A stretch of 64,000 nt of DNA from Selaginella moellendorffii (taxonomy: Eukaryota; Plantae; Lycopodiophyta), in the NCBI RefSeq assembly GCF_000143415.4, contig NW_003314274.1:270794-334793 (forward strand), written 5' to 3'. The notes under the pieces were generated by a model that had not been told where the DNA came from, searched no databases, and was given only the letters and a program-made list of their open reading frames with translations. Position numbers and translations under genes: made by a program. This document shows, piece after piece, positions 38,833-51,509 of this stretch; position 1 is the stretch's first letter; every line of letters begins with the position of its first letter.

Positions 38833-41800
38833 TATGGATCACCGTTTAGAAACCTAATTCCTCTAAGTCCTCTCACTTGACAAGTCTGTGATCATGCATG
38901 GACTCCTCCATGGGCCACCCCTTTTGAAGTTAGCATCTTCAACTAGGGCATTTGTTCCCCCCCGACTTGCCAACCTTGCTTAGCAAGTCATCTGACCACT
39001 GTAACATGGTTTGTGCATAAGCGTGAAAGTCCTTAACCATCGACTTTCGATCAAAGCCCTATTTTTGACCACTCAGGAACTACTTCCCTAACCTTGATAA
39101 CCTCACCTTATGGCAAGCTTCAAGACCACGCTTCTGCTGTACCACTCTGATTTCGCACGCTTTATGAATCATTTACACTTGGCTCTCTAGGTACTCATCT
39201 ATCTAAAATTGTTTTTAGGAACCTTTAAGGAACTTTGTTCCTTAGCTTGCTAAGGCCTCTCCTTTTTGCAAGCTTTCTTACCATATGGTTTAACATGAAT
39301 AATTCCATATTTAGACTCCATGATATCATGGTTGCTAATAACAAATTGCTTGAGCCCCCACTTGAATCTTCACTCCCAATTTGCATAATTACCCTTGGTT
39401 ATGCTTTTCAATTTCTATAGTTCTATTCTATCCCTTTACTACTTTCTTTTTAGCCTCATATGTTTCCTTTGGTCATTCTCCTCTAGATTAGGAGGATAAC
39501 TTTGCACTTTCTACCATGCCTTAGCAAGTATTCATAGGGATGAACCTACCTAATAGTCTAGAGAGTGGTTCTTCAATCCAGGTATACTCACCTTGTGATC
39601 CCACACACCGGGATTAATGTTGCTACTTATAGGCCTTTATATGCCCATCACTAGCCTTGCCAAAATCCCTTTTTGGCTTTGTCCAATTCGGGTAGATGGA
39701 TTCTTCCCATCTCCGCAACCTTAGACGTTTGGATAGCATCTCCTATCCATTATTTGTTAGAGACTTAGTCCCTTGGGTTTTATCTAATGCCCTCACGACA
39801 CCAAACACCGCTTCCTGGTGTTATAGAGTGTTTGGGTGTCCTAATGATGACCTTCTTTGACAATGAACATTCCCTTTACGACATTAACTTACTATATGGC
39901 AACATGAGCGATTTATCCCCCGTGAGGGTATGTTTAACTTTTTTATCCTAGTAAGAAGTTTTGGGTAGTTACCCTTTACCAATTTGATCAATTATTTTGC
40001 ACCTTTTGCTTAGTTGCCTCATAGTTGTCAAGTTTTACAACTCATTGCCAGTGTTTCTATACCTCCATTATTATTTGGGTCAACATACTTTAATTACATG
40101 CCTTCCAGCTTAGGTTATGCCATTCCCACTTCCATTGGGATTTTTTTGGCAAGGGGTTCTCATGAACTTGCCAACTTGACCTCAAGGCATCACGCTTTGG
40201 CATATTCGGTGTCTCCACACCATCGACTCCACGAGTGTACTTTTATGACACTTTTTACTTATGTCTATGTCTTTGCCAAGAATAATATAGTTATCTCTTA
40301 TGCCAACTATCCGTTAACATTGCACCATAAAGTTTATGCACAACTTTGTGTCAAAGTTGTTTCCTCTTGGGAACACCTTTCCCACAACTTTAGTATGGCA
40401 TATTCTGCCATTAATGAGATACCCACTGTTCTTATGCTTGGATCTTATGATTCTCCTCATCCTTCGTGGGGCACAACACACTTCAGTCCAAATGCGTCCA
40501 TCAATCCTTTAGGACCATTCCTTGACTTCACTTGAGTCATTTAGCTTTTTGGATTTTACTAATCCCACAACCCATAAAGTCTTATTTTTGAAGTGCTAGC
40601 TCATTGGAATATAACTTCTTGTATTCATGTCCTACTCACTAAGACCACCATTATAAGTGTTATTCCAACACTTGATTATTTTTCGTTCCCTATAGGCTAC
40701 CTTTACCACTTAGGACTATCTGTCCATATGATGAGAATACAGACTCATCCTCTAAACATACCCCCAACTCCTTGGGTTTGCTCCAACATTTATAAAGGTA
40801 GCCTCAGCTACTATTTCAAGGACTTATGTCTTTATCCATATTTGACCTCCCATAGTTATTAATTCTGATCTCAAATTCATAAGCACCAGCCTCAACTACA
40901 TGAGGGTAATTTTGTGACTCCTTTATTGTCTTGGAGTCTTTATCTTGCCCGTGATCCTAACTATAGTTATTTACCACAACTACATTAACCAGTTTGCTAA
41001 GTCAAATGCTCATCTGGATCACATCCTCAACTCTCTGAGGAAAACTTTATACTATTCCCAAGATCCCAAAGTCATTCCATTATTGACCCTTTTCTATTCA
41101 CCCCCTCATCTACAAGTTCACATATGAACTGTAGTGGAGAGCCATGTCTTCCCAACTTGCTACTCCCCAAGGATAGGCCCACTCCTAAGACCTTCCGATA
41201 CTAACACCAGTGGTGATATACTTGAGCACCAATAAAAGTCAGACGAAGGAACAGCTCCGATACCAAATTGTAAGAGACTAAATTTTTCATTCTACTTTAG
41301 TCATCTAACCACACTTTCGATCACTTGGAGAAGTTTCACTCACAACCTCTTTGAGTCCTATTCCGGACTTGGGGACTTGCTAGTCTCAAGAATGGCCTCC
41401 GTGCCACTCAACCTTTACACTTGGTCCAAGTGCTCTATATGTCCGGTCCCATGACCGACACCCCAAGGTACAACTGACATACTAGCTTGTTCCGCTAAGG
41501 CCATGCCCATTCACCTTGGTCACACTGGTGGTCTAACACCACCTACATCGCAATCTTGTCTTTCAAAGATTAGGCCATCTATCCATGAGTGACTATCCTA
41601 AGTCCACTCTTTAGCATCCTTAAGATACTTGCAAATATGAGGAACAACCTTCCCCAATATCCCTTTTACAATCCCCACCAAGTCCCTTTTTTGTCCATGG
41701 CCATGTTCACCAACACTGCCACTAAGATAAGGCCCACAGGCCCAACCACTAAGTCCCACTGTCCTTTAGGACTTCCTCACCACATAACCGTATCATTAAT

Positions 41801-43139
41801 CACTACACCAAAGGACCACTCATCTTCCTTTCCATAGTCTAGGACTTTAGGACAACATTTTGGAACACCATGGCCCTACACGAGCCTTATGGGTACTCTC
41901 CCCACCTTCCACATTTTGGTGCTCTAGCCATGGGCTTAGAGTGAGGTTCCGTTGAGCCACATTAGGTATCCAAGTAGGTAGTGCCACCCACACTTGAGTT
42001 GGGAGCATTGACCATTCGATCTCCCGAGGGAATTAGAACCAGCTTTTGAACACTCACCAAGCTACCCCGCTTGTTAGTCTGTATTCACTCTAGCTTTGGA
42101 CTTCCTAGTGGTTATCCCATCAGCCAACACTTGGGCATGGCTTTCTTGGGCCAAATTGGCCTTTCCTAGCCAAACTGGCTCCACTGGAGTCCTCCCCCCT
42201 ACTTTTGGAGCTCATCCAACCCCCCAGGGTCTAGGAGATGAATGCTTTAGGCTTTCACCCTCGAACTTGGACTCGGACTCGGATTTGGACTCAAACTCAA
42301 ACTCAGACTCGGACTTGGACCTGGTCTAGGTCCCAACCCCGGTCCCAGTCCTGGTCTCGATCTTGGTCTCGATCTCGACCTCGGACTCCATCTCAGACTC
42401 CATCTCAGACTCCATATTGGACTCCATCTCGGACTCCGTCTCGGGTCCATCTCGGACTCCATCTCGGGTCCATCTCGGACTCCATCTCGGGTCCATCTTG
42501 GACTCCATCTCGGACTCTATCTTGGATCCATCTTGGACTCCATCTCGGACTCCATCTCGGACTCCATCTTGGACTCCATCTCAGACTCCATCTCGGGTCC
42601 TTTTATGTCCCTTTTCTAGAGACTCACTTATTGCTCGCTTCATGCTTGTTCCTCAAGCCTTTCATTGGGAGTTCCACTCCCGCTCTCGACCTTTTAAGTC
42701 AAAGTGTTTAGTCCAAGCGTGTTAGGCTTTTTTGGTTTTCGCTTCGGCCACTACCACATGGCACCCTTTTGGCTCCATTTTGGGGCTTAGGGATTTGTGT
42801 CTCACATCCCCTAGGAGATTGAATGGTTAATACTCCCAATCCAAGTGTGGGTGGCATTATTTAATTGGATATTTGGCATGGTTCATTAGAACCTCGCTCT
42901 AGCCACTTGGCTAAAGCACCTAAACGTGGAAGGTGGGAGGAATACTTATAAGGCTTGTGTAGAGCTATTATGTTTCAAAATCTTATCCTAAAGCCTCGAA
43001 TTATGGAAAGGAAGAAAAGCAATCCTCTTATGTAGTGACCAAAGGTATGGTCATGTGGTGAGGAAGTCCTAAAGGTTAATGAGACTTAGTGGTTTGGCCT
43101 TCAAGCCCTGATGTAATGGTGGTATTAGTGAGCACTATT

Positions 43140-44338
43140 TGTAAACCATAAATTTTTCCTTTCCAATTTGCCAACTTCCTTTATCTATCGGACCAACACT
43201 ACCTTGGCCTTAGCTAAGTTCCCTTGCCAAGGTTCCCACCTATTGTATCAGCTTCTACTTGGTTCTGCTTGGTTTCAACTACTCACTGCATGAGCAATAG
43301 AGCATTAGCCATCCATCCACAAATTCTCGAATCTCTTCTAATCTCCCTCTCTGGGTTAGATTAGACTTAAGGTTTAACTACACTCCCCATAGGTATAAGC
43401 AGTCAAGCATACCAAGCCTCCAGGTTCTTAACATCCCTTGGTATAACAAGACTTGATCATGGGACCCTTTAAATCCTAAGCCTTGGGTGCAACACTTGCT
43501 TCGGGATACCGGGGGGAAATATCGTGGCTTAACGGCCGGGTATAGGTACCCCTACTCCCCCACTTCTATCCTAAAGGGAAGGCCCAAGCCCTTAGGAAGG
43601 GCGAGGAGCCACAAGGTACTCAAGTGGGGCACCACTCCACATAAGCCGAGAGCACCACAGTCGATTTCCCTTCCGGGAGTTAGAGCTGCTCTTCAGTATT
43701 TCCTTGGGTGGCCCCTCCAGCACCACCCAAGTCCATGCTCACTCCCACCCAAGGTCCCTCAGCCTTAGTTTCATCTCAACCTCAAATTAGTCTGGAAGCA
43801 CCACTAGAGAGTTCCTTCAAGACTGGTTCTTGGACCTCACTATCCCTACTATACTTTTGGAACCCCCTGCAGTCCCCCCCCCTCAGACCTGACCATGGAC
43901 CTGACCTCGGACTCTGTCTCGGACTCGGTCTTAGACCCAATATTGGATCTCGACTCAGTCTTAAACTCGGCCTTGGACTTGATCTCAAACTCTGTCTCAA
44001 ACTCGGTCTTGGACCCGATATTGGATCTTGACTCGGTCTCAAACTTGGCCTTGGACTTGATCTCAAACTCTGTCTCGGACTCGGTCTTGGACCCGATATT
44101 GGATCTCGACTCGGTTTCAAACTCAGCCTTGGACTTGATCTCAAACTCTGTCTCAAACTCGGTCTTGGACCCGATATTGGATCTTGACTCGGTCTCAAAC
44201 TTGGCCTTGGACTTGATCTCAAACTCTGTCTCGGACTCGGTCTTGGACCCGATATTGGATCTCGACTCGGTCTCAAACTCAGCCTTGGACTTGATCTCAA
44301 ACTCGGTCTCAGAGTAAGTCTCGGACTCGGTCTAAAAC
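43140..44338 (-). mobile_element. Family E LTR (inverted), truncated by a family F LTR; contains a 78/156-bp higher-order repeat
   Basis: Reverse complement of ~33400-34418; starts TGTAAACC at 43140. Confidence 0.82.
43905..44330. repeat. Tandem array of ~5 x 78 bp (13 hexamers) with alternating A/B variants, giving a 156-bp higher-order unit
   Basis: GGACCCGATA-like motif recurs at 43933, 44011, 44089, 44167 and 44245. The alternation shows in the translation (NSALD..SNS / NLALD..SDS). Confidence 0.88.
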
Positions 44339-46208
44339 TATTGGGGGAAGGAGGGGCACCTCCCCCAATGCTCGCTCAAACACGAGAAATACTTCAATGC
44401 TCTTCACAAAAATGCCTCCCCTTGCCCTTATGAGGCAAGGGTTTTATACAAGGAAGATAGGGAATATTTTGAGGACCAAAATATTCCCTCTCTCTCTCTC
44501 TCTCTCTCTCGGTGGCCATGCCCTAATATGCAACCACAGTGGATTGTGCTAGCTCCAGAAGAGTGTAGAGTGTACCTTTGCTACTGATGCCAAGTGCTAG
44601 TACATGTGTGAAATAATAGAAACTCTAGAAAACAAAGTGGAAAATAAAGAAAAGAGGTAGGTGTGAAGTTTGGAGACGGAGGAAAACCCGGTGGGAAACC
44701 CTATAGTCAAATTGGACCTTGAAGTTGAAAAAAAAGTGCAAAAAGAGTGTGAAAAAAGGGGGAAAAATAAGAGAAAAAGAGTGTGAGTACCTAAAGAACT
44801 TAACCCGTACCTGGATTTCAGCTCAGGAAAGTGTAATATGCAAATGCAACCTCTTGATGACTTCTAGTATGCTCTAAGGATTGGCTGAAATTGAGAAAGA
44901 AAGAGAGGTAAAAGAGGGGATGTATTGCCCAAGGGTGGTAAGTGTGGGAATGATGAAAGATGGAGTGATATGGTGGAGCGCCGAGATAGTGGTGGCACTC
45001 TGAAAAGGTGGCCATTGATACAATGACCTCTTGGAGTAGCCGGTAACTAGTAACCAGTAACTAGTAACTAGTAACCAAGGACCTATAACCGGTAACCACC
45101 CGCTCTCGCTCTTACTCTTGCGCCTGCTTCAGCACCAATATGGTGGAGTGGTATGGTGGACCATCAAGATGGTGGTGGCCCTTTGAGAAGTGGTAGGCCA
45201 ATGGACTAATGTGTCGGACTGAGGAAGACAGTAGCTAAAAAGGACAATGTAGTCACTAGGTTGCCGGTAAAGAGAGGTGGCATGTGTCCACTGAGTGCTG
45301 GAGCAGAAGAAAGTGGCTTTAGCTTCTGTGGCCTCGCGTAAAGATCCACCTAGGAGCCTTAAGTGAACAAGCTCACCTTGTTGGAAGAAAGTCGCTCCAG
45401 AAAAGCTAATGTGTTATCGGCAAATGGCATAAGGACATCTTGGAAATGGCACTTCCAAATAAGGTGGTGTCTTTTGCTGCTGGTGCATATACGTGTGTTT
45501 GTGTAAATCTGACCTCAATCGGAGATGTGAATGATGGTGAAAGAATGAAAGATGCAAGATGGGCATCTAGAGATAAGTGCAAGCAACGTTGTTGGAAGTG
45601 AGTGGTGATAGAACTGTGAGTGTAGATAATATGGAATGAGTGAAGGGAATGTGTGGGGTGTAGTAATGGTAAGAGAAGGACCAAAGAACCTGGAACATAG
45701 ACCGAGCCAAGCAAGGGCCCTCCATACAAACGGCAATGCAGCTTGAGCACAAAATCCAAGGCATGGCCCATGGTCCAATGGAGAAACACCCTCTGAAAGT
45801 AAGAAAAGGAGCCATGAAAGTAAAATGAAAGAAAGGAAGAAAAAGAAAAAGTAAAAGAAGAGAAGAGGAACACCTCACCAGATGAAGTGTTTGAGATGAG
45901 AGTGGTTGTGAGCATGTGGGAGCTCACATCCATCAGCATCAACTAGCACATATGCTCGGGGCTAGATAGTTTTTGAGTTGAGCTCACGAGCTGAGATCAA
46001 GTTAATAAAAGTCAATGAAAGTCAATATAGTCCACCAAATACAAAAGTTGATGTTTAAATGATTGGTTTGGGATGAACCAACAATTTTATTCAAAACTTA
46101 AGACATATTTTCAATTCAAGAAAAAGCTAAATAATATAAATCTAATAAGAAAATAAATGTCATAAGTCAAAGAAGAAACTCTACATTACCTCTAAAAAAA
46201 GCTAAACT

Positions 46209-49200
46209 TAGTCTTCCTTGACATCCACATCCACAAAAGGAGGAGTTTGTATAGTATTATGCTCTCTAACTGTGGGCTCTTGTTTTATATAAGCTTGTGC
46301 CTTTGCTTCTACATAACATGGCAAATTATAGCCCATGTCATCGATCCACCTAATATACACAACCATGATGAAATTTATACTTTATTATCACCTATTATGC
46401 AATGTCCCAAGAACACCTTCAAATGCACTCTCCTTCTCTAATGCAAAAACTACACGCCCAGTCTCTTTAGCCGCTAGCACCATCGAACCAAAACCTATTG
46501 TAGCATCAAGCACAATCCCCTTAGGAGGACAAAACAACTCTAGGAGGATTTGCATGGCCTTTGGTGAACAATGTCGATAACCAGGGAACTCTATATGATG
46601 GTCCTTGTCGATAACATTTGGGATGATATCTGTTGAGCTATCATATCCTGGCAATGCCAAACCTACACGCTCATCAGCTCGTGTAATACTGTGACGGCAA
46701 GCATAGTGGTAGAGAGTATGGTAGTTCCATGCTAAAACCTACAAGGAAAACAGGCAATCAATTTAAGATATGAAAAATAAGGAAATGCAAACCTTTTGGA
46801 TTCAGCCACCTGCTCCATTTGTTTCGACTGGGATATTTGAGAGTAAGCAGCCTGATGCAAACTCAACCAATCTAGAGTCATCTTCTCTGCCATCATTGCA
46901 AGAAGACCTCCCCAAAATAAAGAACGAGGAAGAATGATTAGCATAATGCCCTCGTATCGCAACACTTTGGATGCCACATCCACTGCTTGAGAAATATGGT
47001 CTAGTCGAAGGATGTTCCAAGATGGAGTGTCACCTTGTAAAGGTGGTAACCCATCAGATAGGTCGAAGAATGCGAGGTCAATGCCGAAAGTATTGTTCAT
47101 TCCCAATCCTCACATCCATTAATGGAACATAAAAGACTCTCGGCTCACATTGTTGGAAAGCTGAAAGTAGTCCCCAATAACTATTTTCACGTTGCCAACA
47201 CTTCCCATAGGAGAAAGAGGGCGAACCTGAATAGTGTTCAAAACTAGGAAATATTAAAGTTCATACATGTTTTTTTCCATACCTGTTTATGTGAAGCCGA
47301 TGAAGATAACTCTTGGAGGTCATCCTCTGTAGCAGTGGGAAGGGATGGAAAGAATGCATTTGTACGTTGACGTATAAAGTGCTAGTTGGTTTCTCCAACA
47401 TCTACAACCAAATTACAATAAGCAAGGTCATTGAAAATCAAGTTCTTACTCTCTTGGACGTCCTCACTATGGAGCTGCCTTCGTACATTTCGAACAGTCG
47501 AGGCTAGACAAGTAGCGGCAGTAGGATCTGGGGAATGAGCAATTGTTGTAGGATGAGATGGGGCAGGAGAGTTTTCAACCAGGTTCTCCACTCATTTGTC
47601 TTCAGCCTACTCAATATGAATCTCTTCCCTATCTTAAGGCATCTCCACTCTCTCCAAAAGTGCCTCTTCAATAAAGTAAAAACATAAGTTACTATTAGGA
47701 AATTTTACTCATCAAACCTAGATGACACTTGAGGTAGAGATCAAGCTCAAAAGGTGACAATGGCATTTGCCTCCACAACTCCAAGTACCATGGACAAAGT
47801 TTTCACTCCTGCACAGTGGAACACTGAAACTCTAGCTTATACATGCCAAGTTTCTTCCCACCAGTTAAGAGCTTAAGAAAAACACTTGCTGTGTACACTG
47901 GAGCACTTGGGCAATGATTTAAATACCTACAAAAGAGTCATGATTAAATAAACAAGTCAAATTCTTGCAATATACCTATATGCCATGCGGCACGAGAAAA
48001 ATGGTTAGCCCAGTTGGTTCTTGAAATCCATAGAGCTTGAGCTGCCATCAGGAAGCCGTCCATCCCCAAGCTCTTGAAGGGAAGCTTGGACATATTCTGG
48101 AAGTGTTATGCCGGTGCGGGCATTAGTAAGGAACTTCATATCCCATACTTGAAATAGCTCCTCAACAGCTGCAATACTCTAAGTGATATAGAGCTTCTCC
48201 TTCATCACATTCTCAAATTTGCTCTCCAACCTCTTATCATTGTTACGATGCCAAGTGTTGAGGAGTTCCAAGTAAGAGGTTTGTTCGTTGAAGGAAAGCT
48301 TGCTTTTTGCAATGTTATAGATCAATTCTTCAGGTGCTTTACCATTTCCTGCAAGGACAAGGATTTCAAAGTGGAATGAGAAAGATAAAAGGGACTAACT
48401 TACTACTATGAGAGCATATCTCTGCAATGCAATCCAACCAATCTTTATCATGGCGAATGTCTACAATTGCACATAGCTTCTTCACCTTTGATTTCTTCGA
48501 GTTCAAAATGCACTGCTCAATTTGTCGCAATTCAAGGTTCTTTACACCTCATCTGTCACTTGTGTAATCTTCAAATATGAGTTTTGCTTTGCCTTGACAA
48601 TTGGCTAAAAGAAAAACTTGTGAGTAGAAAACACAATTTCATGCAAGAAAAGGATACCTTTGCCCAGACCAAAACCAAAAAATCCATAGGCACCTAATAC
48701 CAAGTAAGCAACGCTTGGCCTTTACGTGCTACAAGCTTTGCTTGAACCGCTTCCATAACTTCACAACTATACAGCATCTTGATTTCGTCGAGAGAAAGCA
48801 TGCCAACATATTGAAGGTGCTTGATATCATGGACCAAGGTATGTGCTTGGAAAGAAAATTGATTAAGCCTGTAACATAGTTGGTGAGAACAAAGGTTACA
48901 AGTAAAAGATTCTTACATGTTGATCTTGTGAAATGCCAAGTTGAGCCTCATAGCTTGGTTTCAATCTTATGGCTCCACAAGTGTCATTGGAACACAAATA
49001 TGTCACTTGTCATCATCCTGGAACTTCTCTTGGATACACCTCCAAAACACAAGCCACCGGTGGTTTCCATCAATAATGAAGAACATCCAGCCTACAAAGG
49101 CTTGTGTCTCTTGGATCTAGACACCACTGCTCCCACCATGGTCTTCCTCCGAAGCAGTGCTTTGAACTTGTGAGGTGTCCCTAGTGAATCTAGCACAACG

Positions 49201-49266
49201 ATCTAGTCGTTTTCCTGGAGAACGGGTCCATTGAGGTTGACCAGGACACTTCTTCTGTTGTGGCAT
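46209..49266 (-). pseudogene. Multi-exon ParB/Sulfiredoxin-like domain plus beta-class N4-cytosine/N6-adenine DNA methyltransferase fusion, with premature stops
   Basis: ParB/Srx motif FFIIDGNHRW (IIDGNHR at 49077-49057). MTase motifs in beta order: VKIVIGDYFQL, IDLAFFDLSDG (motif IV position, 47067-47050), SKVLRYEGIMLI, then LLELFCPPKGIVLDATIGFGSMVLAAKETGRVVFALE (motif I, 46513-46484). In-frame GT-AG splice seen between the first two coding exons. Gene ends approximate. Confidence 0.75.
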
Positions 49267-49330
49267 GATTTATATATCTACATGAAAATGACAAATAAAC
49301 TTGAGTAAACATTAAAAAAACTGCAAAGTA

Positions 49331-49803
49331 GTTCCCTTGGCACTGGGAAGATTGGTTCGTCACCGAACTGATCTTCGCAGCACCAAGGGAACAAAAAAAA
49401 GAAGAAAAGAAGCAGTTCCCTTGGTGCTGGGAAGATTGGTTCATCGCCGAACCGATCTTCTCAGCACCAAGGGAACAAAAAAAAGAAGAAAAGAAGAAGT
49501 TCCCTTGGCATAGGGAAGATCGGTTCGTTGCTGAACCAATCTTCTCATCACCTAAGGAAAAAAAAAAGAAGAAAAGAAGAAGTTCCCTTGGCATTGAGAA
49601 GATCGGTTCGTCACTGAACCGATCTTCCCAGCGCCAATGGAACGACAAGAAACTAAAAAAAGCCCAAAACCTGATGTGTTGGGAAGATTGGTTCGTCGCC
49701 GAACCAATCTTCTCAGCGCCAATGGAACGACAAGAAAAAAAAAAACCCAGATTCTGATGTGTTGGGAAGATCGGTTCACTGCTGAACCGATCATTCCAGC
49801 GTG
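49331..49803. repeat. Array of six palindromes of up to ~62 bp (period ~84 bp) separated by A-rich spacers
   Basis: Consensus GTTCCCTTGGYRCTGGGAAGATCGGTTCG-N4-CGAACCGATCTTCYCAGCACCAAGGGAAC. Units start at ~49331, 49415, 49499, 49582, 49675 and 49757; the last two have a shortened left arm. Confidence 0.9.
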
Positions 49804-50375
49804 AAGTAGTTGTGAGGCGCAAGTTACTTGCAAGCTAGGAGCAAGATGGGGAGATGGAAAAGCAACAGAGAGAGGCATACCTTGATTGAGGAGTGTCTTT
49901 CTAGTGTCTTGAAGAGCATCTAGCATCCTGATTGAAAAGCATCTTGAAGCATTCAAGCATTTTTCTCTTGCCCTTCCTTGCTCAAACCCTACCCTAAAAA
50001 TTAACAGTCACAATCAATGGTCATGATCAATAGTCACGATTAATTTTTTAACAGTACTTGGATATATTTATAGGACAAATCCACTATGAACATAGATTCC
50101 ACATGTTCTTTCCAAGGAAACAATCATTCAATGCTTTAGATATTAATTGTATAATTGATTATGAGAGGAATAATATTGTTGAAATGAATGGGGTTATGAG
50201 TGAGAGGTGCCAATTAATCACAAGAGTTGTAGCATTAATTGCTTGTTCTCCTCATTTCCATGCTCTTTTCCTTTCAAAAGAGTTTCATTCTTTTTATAAA
50301 TGAGAGAGAGTCAAGCTTGAAAATGTTGGTTTAGGGTTTAGGGTCATTAGATCTCTTGAGCAGTCATCAAAAGCT

Positions 50376-51509
50376 TTGGCTGCACAGGAAGCAAGGTTTG
50401 CTAGTACAGGTCCAAACTTAGACAAGCTTCGAGAGCGGGTTGGTAGAAGGACATCACTAGCAGTAGGGTCAATATCTAAGATGGTGGGGGAAGTTATTAC
50501 TGGAACTCCTATGGAATCAAGTTATGAACCACTTGGGGACATGAGGACAGCCTGTTTGAAGCGTCGATAGACATTTGATGGGACTAACATCACTCCTTCT
50601 AGCTCTCACCGTCCAGAGTTTGACTACCATTCTGTTCCATGACACCGGAGAAGAACTAAGGAACATGGAGTGGAGGAGGTGCCAATTGTTACACAAGTAA
50701 ATCCAGTGCCAAAGGTTGAGAAGATTATTGCTCGTGAGCCAATTTCTTGTATCAACTGGGCAATTCGAAGAGTTAGTACCAAGAGTAATGCACATTGCTC
50801 TGGAATGATTTAGAGTCAAGATCAGTGTCTCGCATTTGTGCGCTCAGGTTCAAGTTCTTCAGCAGTACCATGTTTCTGGGGCTGTCGAGATCTAAGGGTA
50901 AAGGGCCGTCAGTCAACTTGGATTTACTGTTGTGGGACTGATGTTACTCATACAAACCGGATCCATAGCTCAATTATCTTGAAGCCAGATTCTGTGCTAG
51001 AGGAGTGGCCAGTTGAGTGAAGCTGCAATCTTTTAAAAGAAGAGATTGAAAGTCTGAAGAGAGCTGGTTTCAAGCTGAAGACTTTCTCAAATGTTGTTAT
51101 TGATACTACTATGCCACCAATGTCAACACTAGACCGGCATACACGACCAGCTAGAAATGGGAAGGCTGTACAATATAGGTTTTCCATTTCAAAAGGTGCA
51201 CAAGAGAAGATCAAACTGGCAAAGGTGTTGAAATGCACAATCAGAAGGATAAACTACATCAGTGCTGTGGCTAAGGAGTTTGTTGTTGTGACTGAGTCAT
51301 CAAAGGGTATGAGCTACACTATCAGAATCTACAAAAATCCATCCTGTACCTGTCCAAATCTTACACAGAGGGAGAATAGGGGAAAGGTATATTTAACCTG
51401 CAAGCACATCTATTACATTTTTATGCAGGAACTAAACCAAGATCTTAAGGTCGACAATCACATCCATCAGGCAAGCTTTACAATTGTAGAGCTTGAGAAG
51501 TGTTTCTAG
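50376..51509 (+). pseudogene. SWIM zinc-finger protein, one reading frame broken by stops; possibly a transposase C-terminus or accessory ORF
   Basis: ORFs 50376, 50838 and 51111 share one frame. SYTIRIYKNPSCTCP..TCKHIYYIF gives the CxC..CxH SWIM signature. No DDE core recognisable. Confidence 0.7.

Larger units (their letters stand above)
33048..42806 (-). mobile_element. Full-length family D LTR element, apparently non-autonomous: 5' LTR 41269-42806, PBS 41253-41265, PPT 35810-35821, 3' LTR 33048-35809
   Basis: TG..CA LTRs; perfect TSD TCCCC (33043-47 and 42807-11). PBS rc TGGTATCGGAGCT (tRNA-iMet). PPT rc GGGTGGTGGAGT. No recognisable gag-pol ORF in the internal region. Confidence 0.9.
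32816..43139 (+). mobile_element. Decayed family D LTR (32816-33047 plus 42812-43139) hosting a full D element
   Basis: The halves rejoin colinearly with the D LTR sequence across TSD TCCCC. Confidence 0.65.

Noticed and set aside
49331-49803. CRISPR-like repeat-spacer array
   Set aside because: Spacers are near-identical A-rich tracts rather than unique sequences, repeats are ~62 bp, there are no cas genes, and the context is eukaryotic.
49190-49956. 210-aa and 134-aa ORFs
   Set aside because: Produced largely by the palindrome array; repetitive and Phe/Ser-rich with no domain.
50330-50344. Interstitial telomere (TTTAGGG x2)
   Set aside because: Two units only; better read as a telo-box-type promoter motif.
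50376-51509. Complete MuDR/Zisupton transposase
   Set aside because: No DDE catalytic core is recognisable and the frame has stops; only the SWIM domain is supported, so the superfamily is left open.
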